A stretch of 64,000 nt of DNA, taken from positions 620,001 to 684,000 of the forward strand of contig AP026126.1 of NCBI GenBank assembly GCA_030295235.1, read 5' to 3'. This stretch comes from Fistulifera solaris. Lineage: Eukaryota. This document shows positions 24,606 to 38,095 of this stretch, one piece after another. Numbering within the stretch: position 1 is the first letter of the stretch; each line of letters starts with the position of its first letter. Made by a program: the position numbers and the translations under genes. Under the pieces are notes generated by a model. It did no database searches and was not told where the DNA came from. It saw only the letters and a list, made by a program, of their open reading frames with translations.

Positions 24606-26344
24606 TTAGTGTTTGACCGCAATTTGCGGCTTTTTATCCACTCGATGCTCTGCGCGTGCTTTTTGTTTTCTCATTGCCATTATCAACGTCGATGTCGTCG
24701 TCCGATTTTTCAGCCTTCTCCGTTTTTTCAAACGCCATCTTGCGAACTCGGATATAGCTTTTGTTGCGCAAGAACACTTTCTTTGCAGTCTTCCGGAAGG
24801 ATCTGGTTCTGGCTTGCCTCCTTCCAAATACTGAAAGGCCAACGTGGCATGTTCCGGCGAACGGAAAACAACATGAGTTTTTCCCATGTTGCCCTGAAAT
24901 TCAATCGTTTCAACAGATAAGGGCTTAATGTCAGCATGCGCGAGGAACAGGTTGGTCAAGTGTTCCTCGTTTACGGTATTGGGGATGCGGTGCACAAAGA
25001 GCTGAGAAGCATAGAAGGTAAACGACTTGGCAGAAGAGGGTGTATTCGAAGACCGATCAATGGTCTTCATGTCGCTGCCTTTCTGCAAGTAGTACTCCAA
25101 ACACTCCAGAGCTGTGAGAGCATCATTCACCGAATCGTGAGTATCCGGCATATCCTTTCCAAGAATCGATTTTGCCGAGTCCTTCAGCGACACGGTTGCT
25201 GTTTCCGAGTCGGTCGCTTTGAATAGGAGAGCCGAATCAACCACGCAATAATGTTCCATCCGAACAGCGGCGAGATCATTGTGAACAGCGTGACCTACGA
25301 TGACAGTCTCTTCACTGCAGAGTGCCATCAAGAACGCTTGTGCGTGTCGTACAGTGAATTGGACATTTTCGAGATGCTCCTCAGTGATTCCGTTCACCCA
25401 TGAACGATGGTTGGAAACAGGCCAGGCCGGTTTACAAAGTGAATCCAACAACACTTCCTTCGTCACAGCATCTACAATCGAGATACGGCACAGCGCGTTA
25501 AAATTCTTGTCTCCCGAAACAGGATCTTGTGTCTCACACATCTCGCAATCAATCGCGATAACTTGCGGGAGCTTCTCACACCACGCACCGTATGGCTTGG
25601 CTTTGACCCATCCATTCGCACTACAGATACCTGACTCTTCATCTTTCTGCTTGTACTTCGCAAAGTTGTAGTTGATGGCAAACGCTTTCGAGGATTGAGT
25701 CGTCTGGATGGCGTTGATCCATTTTTTCGCCGCGGGGTTCGACTTGGGAAGAATGAAGCCGTCTGTTTCATTCTTTTTCTTCTGGGTTCCAGTTGCGACT
25801 TTCTCCTCGTTGGAGGAAACTTTTGGTTCATCTTTCTTCGACGAAGGATTCTTTGCGGTCGGCACGGAGAATGAGGCTATGGGGAGATTCAAACTAAGGA
25901 ATGGGGGTGTGGTCGATTCCACAGGGGTTTTGGGTACCTTCTTTTGTTTGTTATTTGAAGGTGTGGTAGAGCTGGGGTTGACAGTCGTTTCGACTTTGGC
26001 TTTCTTTTTGGGGTTGGCAAGGGGAGGTCGTCCTCGGAGCGTTTGCCCCGGCGATTCTTCTGTTTTGCGGCGCTATCTTCACCTCCCTTGTTTCCAGGAG
26101 GAGCGAAAGGATCATCCTTGTCATCACTCTGTTTCGACTTACTCGTTGTAACCTCTAGTTCGCTTTCCGAGCTCACTACAGAACCGTGTTCGGTCACCTT
26201 GTGGATTTCGTCGGACGCGTTCAACTCGTGAGAAAACTTACATGATTCACCGTGTCGACAACCAGCCGCCGTTACGAAAAATGCACACGGTGCCTTTCTC
26301 CCGTCAGCTGGTGCAGCAAAAAGTTTGTATTTCTTGTTGCTCAT
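24606..26344 (-). CDS. DEDDh RNA exonuclease (REX1/SDN-like) with N-terminal CCCH zinc finger and C-terminal RRM
   Basis: CAFFVTAAGCRHGESCKFSH; IAIDCEM, IVGHAVHNDL, HDSVNDA; LFVHRIP...KTHVVF. Frameshifts near 26020 and 24770. Confidence 0.85.
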
Positions 26345-27031
26345 TGTTGGAATTGTATGGGTCTTTAAAAGATCTTTGAAGTGGGAGTCAGAGCCCGAGT
26401 AATAATTGTTGTTGTTCTTGTTTTTGGTTGGCTCACCCTGTACCGTACCAAGGGCGGACGACAAATGAAAATCGTCAGCTTCTACATACAGCATGTGCCG
26501 CATTCATTGGCTGCAAAGTATTACGTACTGGTATTGGCATTGGCACGCGTTCATTCACGGGGGTGACATTTTTGAATGTCACTCGTCCGTCTCCGCGCTC
26601 TGCGCTTCAATTCTGTGATAGTACATTTCTTTCTATACAGGGAAACAGGAGGCCGCGAAATTGTTAGGCACGATTGGTTGCGTCGTTCCTTTGTCCATCA
26701 AACTTGTACAGTAGCTTCCGTGTAAATTTCCGTTGAAGTATGTTTTACGTTCCGTTTGCACAATTTGATAGGACTGATTTTCGTTAACAGTAATAAATAA
26801 TTTGAGTCCTCCGAGGAAAACTGTAGTCTGTGGTAGTATTATGGCGCGACTGTTCGCTTTTCTCGTCCGTAACGAAAACCAAAGCTGAACAAACAAGTCC
26901 ACTTTTCGGCAGCTTCCACCGCCAAATCGCACAACTCCTTTTTGGCTTTTGGACGAAAGGTTGATCATCGGAGAGCCACCAAGCCACAAAAAAAAGCTTG
27001 TCATTTCCCCTCTCATCCTCCCCATTTGAAG

Positions 27032-28443
27032 ATGAAGTTTGCGTCAAGTACTACCGCCTGCTTGCTGGCTCTCGGCATCGCCTCGTTGGCCTCCGCTCAG
27101 TCGACGGGTGCCTGCGTCGAAACGATTAACGATATTGCGCTCCGCGAAAGCTTGGTGACGGACACGTCGCTTCTTCGCACGTACACGTTATGCTCCCAAA
27201 TCACGCACCAAATTGGGACACTCGACGTGAACTACGATCTGGTTGACGGACAAGGCATGTTACCCCTACGACCGAACATGAAAATCCAATGCGGCGTCGA
27301 CGGAAAGAAGGAAAACAATTGCTTGATTACCGGAGGAGATGTTCAAGTCGACGGCACGTCGCGCTTTGGTATTGGTTCTGACGTGCCTTTGGATAACATT
27401 GAGTTTCAGGGTATCACCTTTCAAAGCAGCTCTCAGTACAGTGTATGGCTGACGCGTCCTGGATCGGTTACCTTTACGGACTGTGTGTTCCGCGTAAGTT
27501 CCTTTGGTAGTTGACTGACGGTCCCTGAGTTCTCGATCTGACCATGTCGTCTTTCTCCCTTTTTTCGTGATTTCACAGGACAACTCCCAGGCAATTACAC
27601 CCGTCTTTCTAGATTACTTCAATCCCTCGAATCCTGCCAGTGAGCTTTCAGTTACCTTTAATCGCTGCCTCTTCGACGCCAACCGATACTTTGGTGAACC
27701 CGCCCAGCCTGCCCTCGTGGTTGGAAATGGAAGGCAAAACCGTCTCATCTTTGAAAGGACCAAATTTACCAACAACAACATGAAGACTGAATTGGTACGA
27801 CTGTGATGTTTGACTTTTTGCGTTTTGTGTTATTTCTGAGTAAAGTAACTCATCTCATGCTTTTACAGAATGCAACCGTATCTAGAACCTACAGAAGCTA
27901 TTTGGTGGAAACCAACGGTCCCTTGACTATGACGAATAACTGTTTCGAAAACAATCAGATTGGCATTGCGCCCGTCGGAGTCTACGGCGGCGAGAATCTC
28001 TTGCCGGAAACTTTGAATCCATGTCGACCGGTGATATCTGTCCTTTTGTAAGCAACTTTGAGACGGACGAACAATTCGAAGCGAACATGCCCCGATGCAG
28101 TGCCTTTGAATTGAGCGGAACCGGAGCCACTTGTCAAGCCGACGTCCCACCCGGTCCCACGGCCACACCGACTTCTATGCCCAGTTCCTTTCCTTCGTCG
28201 GTGCCCACGGATACGTTTGCGCCTTCGAGTACGACAGACGCTCCCACGCTGGCTCCTACAGGAAGCCCGGTGGTGGCGCCAGTGGCGGCACCCAATGCCG
28301 CGCCTGCTCCGGATGGCGCTGGACCTGAAGCAGTGCTGACGTCCACTCCCACGACAACCTTTGCCGGTTTCCCAGACTCTTCGGATGCTCGTTATTTGCA
28401 GTCTTTGTGGTTGTTGGGAGTCGCCCTTTTCATCTGGTTGTAA
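27032..28443 (+). CDS. Secreted or cell-surface protein with a beta-helix-like domain, Pro/Thr-rich stalk and hydrophobic (GPI-like) C-terminus
   Basis: Signal peptide; repeated xFxxCxF.xN motifs; PT/PS repeats; LWLLGVALFIWL* tail. Introns 27494-27578 and 27795-27868; frameshift near 28000. Confidence 0.75.
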
Positions 28444-29071
28444 AAAGGAGCTTTTTCGAAGACGAGGCAAAGTGAGAGAAATAAATGTTTTCTTTTAGTC
28501 GCTTGAAGCACTCTATGATAGGACATAAACTATAATACACCAATTGGCGCCTTATCTTAGCGTATGATTCAATTGCAAAGGAAAGGTCAAGTAATGAAAT
28601 ACTTAGTCTGGCATCAAGCTGCCAAACAACATGATGTCTTATGGTGTATTATCTACAAAAAGCTGATAGTCACGATCCGTGATTGCAAGTCATACTCCCA
28701 ATAAGCCCATACAAGTACAGTATACTATCTACGTAGCTTGTAGCTGGTAGATAGCGGACCCGTAAGTCCTTTGTGACCAAGGGGCATTGCGCTTTGCGCA
28801 CCGCGGATGGTGTGCTAATGCATGCATGTACGAAGAGGATTGGTGCTATTGTGTTGCATTTAAGCTTACTATCTATCACCTATCTGATACTCTTGTGAGG
28901 CATCGTTTGAAACATAAAGAGGAGTCGCATTCCCAGTGCCCGGGAAGATTCTTGTTCTATTAGCTCGGTGACAGTCATTGATTTAATTGCATTCATTCGT
29001 AACAATCGTCGCGTCGATTCCGACTTTCTGAATTGAACATGGATTTATTTTCTAAATTAAAAACCATACGA

Positions 29072-32000
29072 ATGAGAAAGGAGAAGATCTGAAAGACTCG
29101 GAAGATACGCAGAAAATACCCGCATCAACCAAAGATGACGATTTTTGCAACTCAATTGATGCTCTCGTGGATTCGGATGCGGAGGGCGCTGATATTTTCG
29201 ACGACGAAGACGAGGATGAAGTCGCGTCGGCAACTCATACCGGAAGCATTCATAGTAAGACGAGTAGGACGAATGACTCGGTTACGGCCGAAACCAATTA
29301 CACAGAGGTCATTCAGAATTTGGCAACATCCCCATTTTTATCGCCTTTAGCGGCTAGGGGAGACCTCAGTACGGGTTCTTTCGATCTCGATATCAATTTA
29401 TCTTCGCGGCACTCAAAGCAGTCCATATCGTCAAAACTTTCATCAAAGGATTCGGTAGTACATGGACTATCAGAACGTTTCGACGAGCTATCAGTAAAAA
29501 GCGACAGACACAACAAAGACGATGACATTGAGTCGAAAACATCCCAAAATGATGATAGAGGTAGCGACAGTGCCGAAGATTATTCCGACGATGAAGACGA
29601 AGGACAGGACGGATACAAACCTGGCGGATACCATCCTGTTAAAGTTGGCGAAGTGTATAATCAAAGGTGCGTGCGTTTGTAAGTTGTTAAGCACATAATA
29701 TACATGATCTTTCTCAAACACAGTCTTCCAGATATGTCATTATAAAGAAGCTGGGCTGGGGGCACTTTTCCACTGTATGGATGGTGAAAGATCGAAAGGC
29801 TTTGAAATCGGGTAATAGTGCTCCTTTCTACGCCTTAAAAGTACAGAAATCAGCAGAGCATTACACTGAAGCAGCAGTTGATGAAGTAGAATTATTAAAC
29901 TGCATAGCAACAGAGCGAAAGAAAGCCGAATTGAAATTTGCGAATGGGGCATCGAAAGAAGCGGCGATCGCTGTAGATCGATCTCGTTTTGTGGCCACGT
30001 TGCACGATTCTTTCTTTCATTCTGGGCCAAACGGTCGGCACATGTGTATGGTCTTCTCCATGCTCGGTTGCAATTTATTGACTGTGATCAAAGCTTACAA
30101 TTATCGTGGTATCCCTGTCGATGCCGTTAAAGTAATGATCCGTGGGGTGTGTAAAGGACTTGATTTTCTGCATCGTAAATGTCAGGTCATCCACACCGAT
30201 TTGAAGCCGGAGAACGTCCTGCTGCAATTTCCACATCAGATTGGTAAAGATGAAGATTTCGCTTTTGGAGTCACGGCGCTTGCTATGGAATATTCGCACG
30301 ATTCGGAAAGGAACGCCATTAGCACGTCTGTTGAGGACTTAGAGGCAGCTTTAAACGTTACGACCCTTACACCAGAAGAGCGCAAAAAGTTGAAAAAACG
30401 ATTGAAAAGGAAGCGACAAAAAGAGAGAAAACAGGCATTTAACAGCAACGACAATTCAGATGACGAGGATGAGGAGAGTGTCTCGTCTACTATTCAAGAC
30501 TTGGCAGATGAAATGTCCGGCAATGCTACCTACGCATTATCGGACAAAGAATTCAGCAAAGCAAACGGAAAGTGCACCGAAAAGGAAGCCGATCTTAACC
30601 AGTCACACAGTCATGTTAAACGAAGAATCGAACGCAATCGTTTTCTCGCGACTAACTTCGGGCCGCAACGGTTAGTTGCTGAATCTGACTTGACGAAGAT
30701 CGCAAAGAACGTATATTTGCCAGCAAAGCAAATAGCCATGAGCTACAAACGTTTTTCGAAGAAGCTGGTGAATCTGGAATTGCCAGAATAAGCATTGTTT
30801 TAAGACAATTTTCGAGCGACGGAGATCTTTGCAACGCACTGAACTACAGCCTAGGTGGTATTAGTTTTGATCGCGTGGGACAGGAGAGAGAGTGGCCAAT
30901 TAAGCTTTCACTTAGTGCTTCGGAATCGATGGACTTGACCTCGCATTCATACATCAAACTTTCACAATCATCACCCCTGGATAGTGCCGATAGTCAATAT
31001 TTCGCAGAGCTGGTAAATCTTATCGGAGAGAATTTTGATATCAATGAAGAATCGATTGCATCTGAGCTACCGGATAGTACTACTGGAGAACTGCCCGGTG
31101 CTGTCGAACCATCTCCATTCGTGATTCTGTCGTTGCAGTGTCCAGCTTCGTCGACAATGGTCGGGTTAAGCTTTCTGGAATCCAGGCTTCCCGGAGTGGC
31201 GTTTCTAACATATATGCGAGATGACGGAGTTCCAAATCTTGACAAGCTCGTTTTTGGGCATCACAACATGAAAGTATGCGACCATCCTTTGGCCATGCGA
31301 ATCAATGACACTCTGTCTCAACCCTTATGTAACAAAGGAAGTACCATCTTCGGTTTTGACATGCGTTTGATCCCCAGTCTCAAAGCTTCTCCAGTTTTTG
31401 ATGATTCCGGGCTTTCATTTGCTCTGACTGCAGAAAATGAAGAACTACTTGGAATGTGGGGGTCAGGAATCCGTTGGAGCAGCGCGTCCAATCTTTCTGT
31501 GGTATTGATCTGTCAAGTCAACTTATTAATTTAGTGGGTCCAGAAGGTGTACGAGAGTCCCGTAAATTATCCCAGGACACTGATGCTGGATTCCAGGAAG
31601 GCGAAAAGAAATCGCCTGCTGCCGAGATTCAGACCGCTCCTTCATCGCTTGATAATTCAACGAATTCTCCGACACCGTCCATAACCCACGTTCCAGACTT
31701 GAAGGATGTTGAAATGCTTACGTCTTGTCGGGCAGTAATCGTTGATCTTGGGAACGCATGTTGGACCTACCGTCATTTTAGTGAAGACATTCAAACTAGG
31801 CAGTACCGTGCACCTGAGGTGCTGATTGGAAGCAAGTATGATACTTCCGCCGATATTTGGTCACTTGGCTGTATGGTGTTTGAGTTATTGACTGGCGATC
31901 TCCTCTTCGATCCTCGGGCTGGTGAAGACTATGACCGTGACGAGGATCATTTGGCCATGTTCCAGGAGCTTCTTGGTCAAATGCCAAGAAGACTTGCTTT

Positions 32001-32229
32001 AGATGGTAAATATTCCAAGAACTTCTTCGATAAGAAAGGCAATCTGCGGCACATCAAGCAACTGAAATTCTGGCCGATGGAAGACGTATTGTCTGAAAAA
32101 TATCACTTTTCACGAGATGAAGCAGTAGCAATTGCTGATTTTGTAAGGCCTCTGCTTGATTTCGATCCCAAGACAAGAATGACGGCAGAGCAAGCTCTTC
32201 AATCCGATTGGCTACAATCAATTCCGTAG
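29072..32229 (+). CDS. SRPK: SR protein-specific kinase with a very long spacer
   Basis: YKPGGYHPV, KLGWGHFSTVW, ALKVQKSAEHY, HTDLKPENVLL, DLGNACW, IQTRQYRAPEV and DEDHLA motifs. Intron 29667-29731; several frameshifts. Confidence 0.93.
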
Positions 32230-32327
32230 ATCGGTAGGACATGAGTGCATAATTAGTATAGTCTTTCGTACTTGTCTAAAATTAATGAGAAAGTGCAACG
32301 ATGATTGTTTTTCTTAAAAGAGACTTA

Positions 32328-33697
32328 TTAGAAATCATTCCGATGCAAGATCCTCGCACCATGCTCTTCATAATCCGCTCTCGAAACCCACATGTCCTTA
32401 AACGTCGCAAGACTAGCCAAGATCGATCCACCGACGTAACATGAGTACAGACGCTCCGGGGGTGCTGAAATCCGTATGCGAGTATGGGAAGGGGACTTTG
32501 CCTTCACTTCATACAGTAGGCGCTCGCCGAAACCTGGTGTCAGAGTACACCCACCAGCAAGAACAATCTGGGAGAAGAGCTTCGGACGCAAGTCGATGTC
32601 ACTCTTCTTGATAGAGTCGACCAATAGTTCGGCTGCACCAGGTTCTTCGGAACCAAGAAGTGATGGGTCGAAGAGAACGCTTGGAGCAGTGTAGCGCTCC
32701 GAAGCCAGGGAAATAGCCTGTCCATCAGGAAGTTGATACTGCGTCTTTGCCTCTTTCTCGGTTGCGTCGTCGTAATGACCAGATGGTGCCAAATAGCACA
32801 CCTCTTCTTTCATAAGCTTAACCAGATCAGCCTCTGCTGTGGTTGTAAAGCTAAGCCCTGCTTTTCGAAGTAAAAGCTGTAGGTGACGAGTGACTTCTCT
32901 TCCGGCAATATCGCTGCGAGAAACCGAATGTTGCAGTGCAAACCCTTCATATACGGGTACTGCGTGTGCCACACCTTCTCCAATATCCAAAACGACACCA
33001 GTAGTACGACCCGATGCGTACAAACTCAACACAGATGGGGGCGAGAAAAACAAAGCGGGTGCACGGATTGACTCGAAGAAAACTTCCGCGATTTTGTCAC
33101 GATTTCCTCTATGGTTCAATGGGGCCTCTGTCATCAAGACAGGGTGCTCTTCACGCTTTGCGTTCAGTGACTGTTTCGAATAAACGTGCTACAACAGAAA
33201 TTTTGGCAATGTTAGACTAGACATTCTCCAGCATGTCGCAGCAACCACTGCAGTCAATCTTCCACCTACCTCCCACAAACGCTCCATAGAATCCCAACCA
33301 CTCTCAGTGACAACCCCCTTGTCCATAGGATATTCCAACACAAAAGCACCACGGTGCTCGTCGAGTTTCCGTCCGACAAAAACAGAAGACGGTCCTAAAT
33401 CCTGTTCTCCTTCCAAAGCACCGCCCGGCATGATACGCATGTGTTTCGGCCGTCCCACTTTGGTACCTAGAACAAGCTAAAGATACAGCAGAACGCATGT
33501 GTTAGCTAATGACGAAGATATCTTACACGAACGATGCTATTCCGATGAACAGAGGTATTTCTGGCATTGCATACCTTGGGTTTCGAGGACCCGGCGAAGC
33601 CAGCTTTGATAGACGAAGTGCCATTATCAATAACGATCGGCTGATTCAAAAGAAGAGAGCCTCCGTCTCCGCCGGTTCCAGGATCTTTGTTACTCAT
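32328..33697 (-). CDS. ARP1: Actin-related protein 1 (centractin, dynactin filament subunit)
   Basis: QPIVIDNGT, VGRPKHMRIMPGGALEG, EEHPVLMTEAPLN, LYASGRTTG and IRISAPPERLYS motifs. Introns 33477-33574 and 33189-33269. Confidence 0.88.
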
Positions 33698-34392
33698 TGT
33701 TATGTTTGACGTCGATGTTTCGAAGATGGTACTTGTACCTGGCAAATGAAGTAATCTTCCTTTTCCGCAATTCAACTCAAAACATGACATCCTCCGCCGC
33801 CATGGGGATGCACCATGGCGACCGAAACGAGCGTTCTTATGCGGTACTTCAGGTTTAACAAATAAGTGGCGGAGCGATTTAGGCACTCCCACTGTATGAA
33901 TAGTAGTAATCTTGCAATGAGCTTGTCGACTTACCAACCAACTAGAGAGGCTAGTTTTAAAAAAGATATCATCGTTATAGTGGCTTGTTGTTATAAATGA
34001 TCTTAGGTGTTAGGTTGAATACATAAGCTGGTTTTTATCCCCTCTAATGTGCGCTATCTGGTCGATCAAAGTGTTGTCTTGACTGATGACTCAACTTGAC
34101 TGCAGTCCCGGAATCTTTCAGCCACATTCAATTACAGTGACAAACAAAACTCCCTCAGTGCTATTGTTGCAGCTGCTGCTATTGATGTTGTTGTTGTATT
34201 GTTAAAAGCCGCCCTTAGCGACTTCTTCAAACTTAGCACTTCGACAAAAGTGTAAGGGTTACTGCTGAGTGACTCAACTCAAATGCTTCAGTCCCGGAAC
34301 ACGTCGACCAACGACCAACATGCATTCACTTTCTTCACAAACACCTAAGAGATAAGGAGTAACAATTATTCGACCTAAAAAGACGCCGCATA

Positions 34393-35052
34393 ATGAAAGT
34401 GCTCCCTTCAATATCTCTACTTATAGCTGCTGGATACAGCTGCGCTTTCTCGGTTCACCCAGCAAGTGTTTTCATCAGGTCAACTCATTTGACGAACGCC
34501 ATTTCAGGGCTTGGCGCACCGCGCCCTGGTGACTTTCACAATCCAAGTTGTAGCAATCCAAGTTGTAGCAATCCAAGTTGTAGCAATCCAAGTTGTAGAC
34601 AACTTGCACGTCAAGCGAATGAGTCCGGTGAAACTTTGGAGCTGAGCACCCCGCTGGACCGCCCAGTTCTCGCCGTGGTCGATGTTGTTTCTCTGCTCAC
34701 ATTTGCGGCGGTCGGTAAAGCAAGTCACACACCAGATGGAGCTATTGATCCTATCGCCACAGCTGCAGTGGCATTTCCTTTTCTACTGTCTTGGTTTGTA
34801 ACCTCTCCTCTGACCGGAGTTTATGCGGAAGACGAGCGAGAGGGCAACCTCGTTCTTGAGACGTTTCGGAAATCGGGAAAAGGTTGGATTGTCGCGATTC
34901 CCCTCGGCTGCGTGATAAGAGGCGTCATTAAAGGATATGTGCCGCCAGCACCATTTGTCGTTGTGACGATGATTGCTACGTTTGTGATTCTTGGCCTGGG
35001 TAGACTTCTCTTTGCTGTTTTGGAAGATTTCTTTGTTGAACTTGCTAACTGA
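34393..35052 (+). CDS. DUF3054-family membrane protein, probably plastid-targeted
   Basis: Signal peptide followed by SCAFSV (ASAFAP-like); DVVSLLTFAAVGKASH, PFLLSW and four hydrophobic helices. Confidence 0.75.
   Translation: MKVLPSISLLIAAGYSCAFSVHPASVFIRSTHLTNAISGLGAPRPGDFHNPSCSNPSCSNPSCSNPSCRQLARQANESGETLELSTPLDRPVLAVVDVVSLLTFAAVGKASHTPDGAIDPIATAAVAFPFLLSWFVTSPLTGVYAEDEREGNLVLETFRKSGKGWIVAIPLGCVIRGVIKGYVPPAPFVVVTMIATFVILGLGRLLFAVLEDFFVELAN
34539..34598 (+). repeat. In-frame 15-bp tandem repeat x4 encoding (NPSCS)n
   Basis: CAATCCAAGTTGTAG x4, perfect copies. Confidence 0.95.
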
Positions 35053-35855
35053 AGCAAAATATAATACTCCTTATCATGAGTACATTAGCCCGAAGCGGCG
35101 CTGCTATGGTATTCTGTAAAAAAATACCGAACACCATAAACTAAAACAATAGTATCCCTCGTTTTTGTCAAAGAAAGATATTTGACATAAACCCTCACCA
35201 CCCTGATTCTTGCCTACAAGCCTGAAGAGGCCATCTCCAATCATTTTTCATAGTGTAGAACGGGTGTAAATGCGCCGCTGTTAGTTTTTATATAAATTAG
35301 CAATGATCAGTGGGTCTTAGACGACTTGACCATAGTTTAACGTCAACCATTCCATGGCTGGAATATTTTTGTCACGAGTCATTCGCTAGAGGTCGTAACG
35401 GTTTCACGTTTTGAGGATCAGCCCGCACAACAATCCACAATGAGGCAATGAGCAAAACCGCATCATCATCATCATTATCATCTCGTCCTGTGCTGTGTTG
35501 TAGCGTTGTTGCTTTTAATGGCAATATTTAAAAATCATAAAGTACTTGCTAACAAAGCACGACAATTACAGAGGCGATTTTCTTTCTCCGGAAAAGGATT
35601 ATCGCGAATGATCGGTTTGGGCCTTTTAGTGGACCACGACACGTTCAGTGTGGTACCCTTTGTACCTGCCGAAACTTGCTACCGAAATCCCGAGACGAAG
35701 TCAAAAATTATGTCACCACAAATCATGTTGCCTCTAAACCGTGACGCTTCACCGTCAGCAAATGATTGCTTGTAACTAATTCAAGCCGCGAAATAGGTTT
35801 ATCATTTTCATTTGGTCGTCCTGTCAACTGCGAATCGCGCAGAAATCCTTTGAAC

Positions 35856-37387
35856 ATGTCATCACTGCGAAAGAAGACAATCCATATCCCCACCGAGAAG
35901 CGAAAGAAGACGCTGGAAGTCTTCTTGAACGATGAAGAAGGAAAAGCTCTCGGTGGCGATGATATCAGTTCGGGTGGTGTTCCGTCTCATTCTACAAATG
36001 AGCTTACTGGAGATGGACAAAATAATGTACTGTCGCTCATCAGCCCTGAGGTGCGCTCGATCTTGTCCACGCCAGCAAAAAGTGCTCATTCGAAGTCGAG
36101 TTCTTTTGTTGAAACTACTATGGAGATGATTAACTTCTTTTCGAAGGATGAGCCAAGTCTCATGGGATGGGGAGACGATGGTCAGCATTTCTATGTCAAC
36201 ACACATGCAAATTTGGGAAGAGTTTGCTCGGCCATGAAGCCTTTCTTTGATCGTAAGTACCAATGACAAACTGTTGAAAGTCTAATAATGGACGGACGTC
36301 TAATCACTTCTTTGTTGTGAAGATGGCAATTTCTCCTCGTTTCGTCGTCAGCTTTGTGCGTACAACTTCATTCGCGTACAACAAGGAAGGTGAGTGACGC
36401 ATTTTAATGCTGCTGCTGCAAAAACTACATTCTCACGCATCGAACCCTTTTAGATACCGCGGCCACTGGTATCATCCATTATTTCATCGCTTTTCAACCG
36501 AGCAAAACATCCGCGAGATACAATCTAGCCGACGTCGTCGCGGCCAAGGTGTTCGCACGTCTAACACTCTATCCCAGCGTTCACGTCGAATCAAAATTCG
36601 TCAACCAGGCGACATAGTACAATCTACCCCATCTTCTGTTGGAACGGATGGACAAAGCGGCTTCTGTGATTTTCCAGGATCTGAGTATGCGCACATGCTC
36701 GTTCTTGATTCGGTGGCATCGCTTTTCCCTCTGGAGAGTTTGGCGAAAGACGAAGTCCTCAATGGAGGTCTCGACAAAAACAACGATATCGCCTCATCCA
36801 ATGTCATTCAACAATCTCAGAAAGGGTCGAAAGTTTTTGAAAGTGACGGAAGCCGCACATCCTATGTCATTCCAGAATCTCAGCTGAAAACGGAATCGGA
36901 CGAAGACCGCCCTGTTTCAAGCTACCTGTCATGTTCGCCGATAAAGCAAAGCATTTTCAACCTTCCAATGTTGCGCAGTGCGTTCAGTCCACCTGTAAGC
37001 CAAGGTGGTGTCTCTGAATTGGTTGATTGCTACGGAGACGCTGACGGCAACAAAGAGAACTTGACTCAGGAGTCGAATCTTTATCAGAGCGCATTTGGCC
37101 AGTTTTCACCCGCAACTCCAGGCAACCTGCTGTCTATGTTCCAACGTTCCTCTCCATTCGGGTATGAATTTGAACTGACTCGGTTGTTTTGCAGTCCTTA
37201 TAGGCAGTGCCCTGGAGCTATTCCGACCGAGACCCACGAGCCTATCTTGTTTTCTTTCCACGGCAATCCTCCCGCTACCGGACTCACTTCTACAAACATC
37301 CTAAAGGAATTTCCAGGTAATCAGTTGGATCCAAAACATGATCATGAATTGGACTCGAAGCCAGCTGCTGTGAAATCCATGGATTGA
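35856..37387 (+). CDS. Divergent HSF-type DNA-binding protein
   Basis: LMGWGDDGQHFYV...PFFD|HGNFSSFRRQLCAYNFIRVQQG|RYRGHWYHPLFHR. Introns 36253-36322 and 36390-36453. Confidence 0.85.
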
Positions 37388-38095
37388 TGGAAATCTACCT
37401 TTTCAATGATTACAACGCGTGCTCCCGTGAATATGCAAGTGCCTTTCATCGTCTTTTTTCATAAAGCAGTACGACTTTCTTACAAAGCGATCGTGTAGCG
37501 CACTGAAATAGTTTAGAATTGAACCTTGAAGCCTTTTGGAGTAGCTCTCAGTTCCTCTGTCCTTTTCTCCGTAGACGCTAGACTTGCCCAGACCTAGTAC
37601 CTGGTACCGTACCTAGAGACGCAAGATCATGCGTTCGTCCCTCTAGACTCTAGACGTACAAGGGACTACTTAAATAACCATAGAGATATTCAAATAACAC
37701 AACCGCTATCTTTCCCATTACTTGTACTTCAGTACAAAGTACGTTTCGATGACGTTATCGCTTGTACATCCTATAATACTACGTATGAACGGAAAGGGGC
37801 CGATTCATGTCTTAATACCGCTTTGGGAGTGGTACGCGCGCGTTGTCTCTCCCCACTCCCGAGCCATGGCGAAGACAACACGCAACACGAGTAGGTCGTC
37901 AATAGCTTCCTAAAAGCGATCCAAAGAATCCATTCCTTCAAAACCTCTCTTCTATTTCCATCCTACAACTTGATTAAGACAGCTTTCTTGAACGACAAGA
38001 GCTGACAACAACGGGGTTTTGTTCATTGCTGATGTACCTTACTCTTCTTAGACTCAGTTTGGAATTCTTCACAAAGAACGGATACAGATTTAAAC

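Noticed and set aside
28590..28860. Possible U1 snRNA or tRNA-like sequence (ATACTTAGTCTGG; CATTGCGC)
   Set aside because: Lacks the exact ATACTTACCTG 5' end, the correct spacing, an Sm site, a cloverleaf and a B-box.
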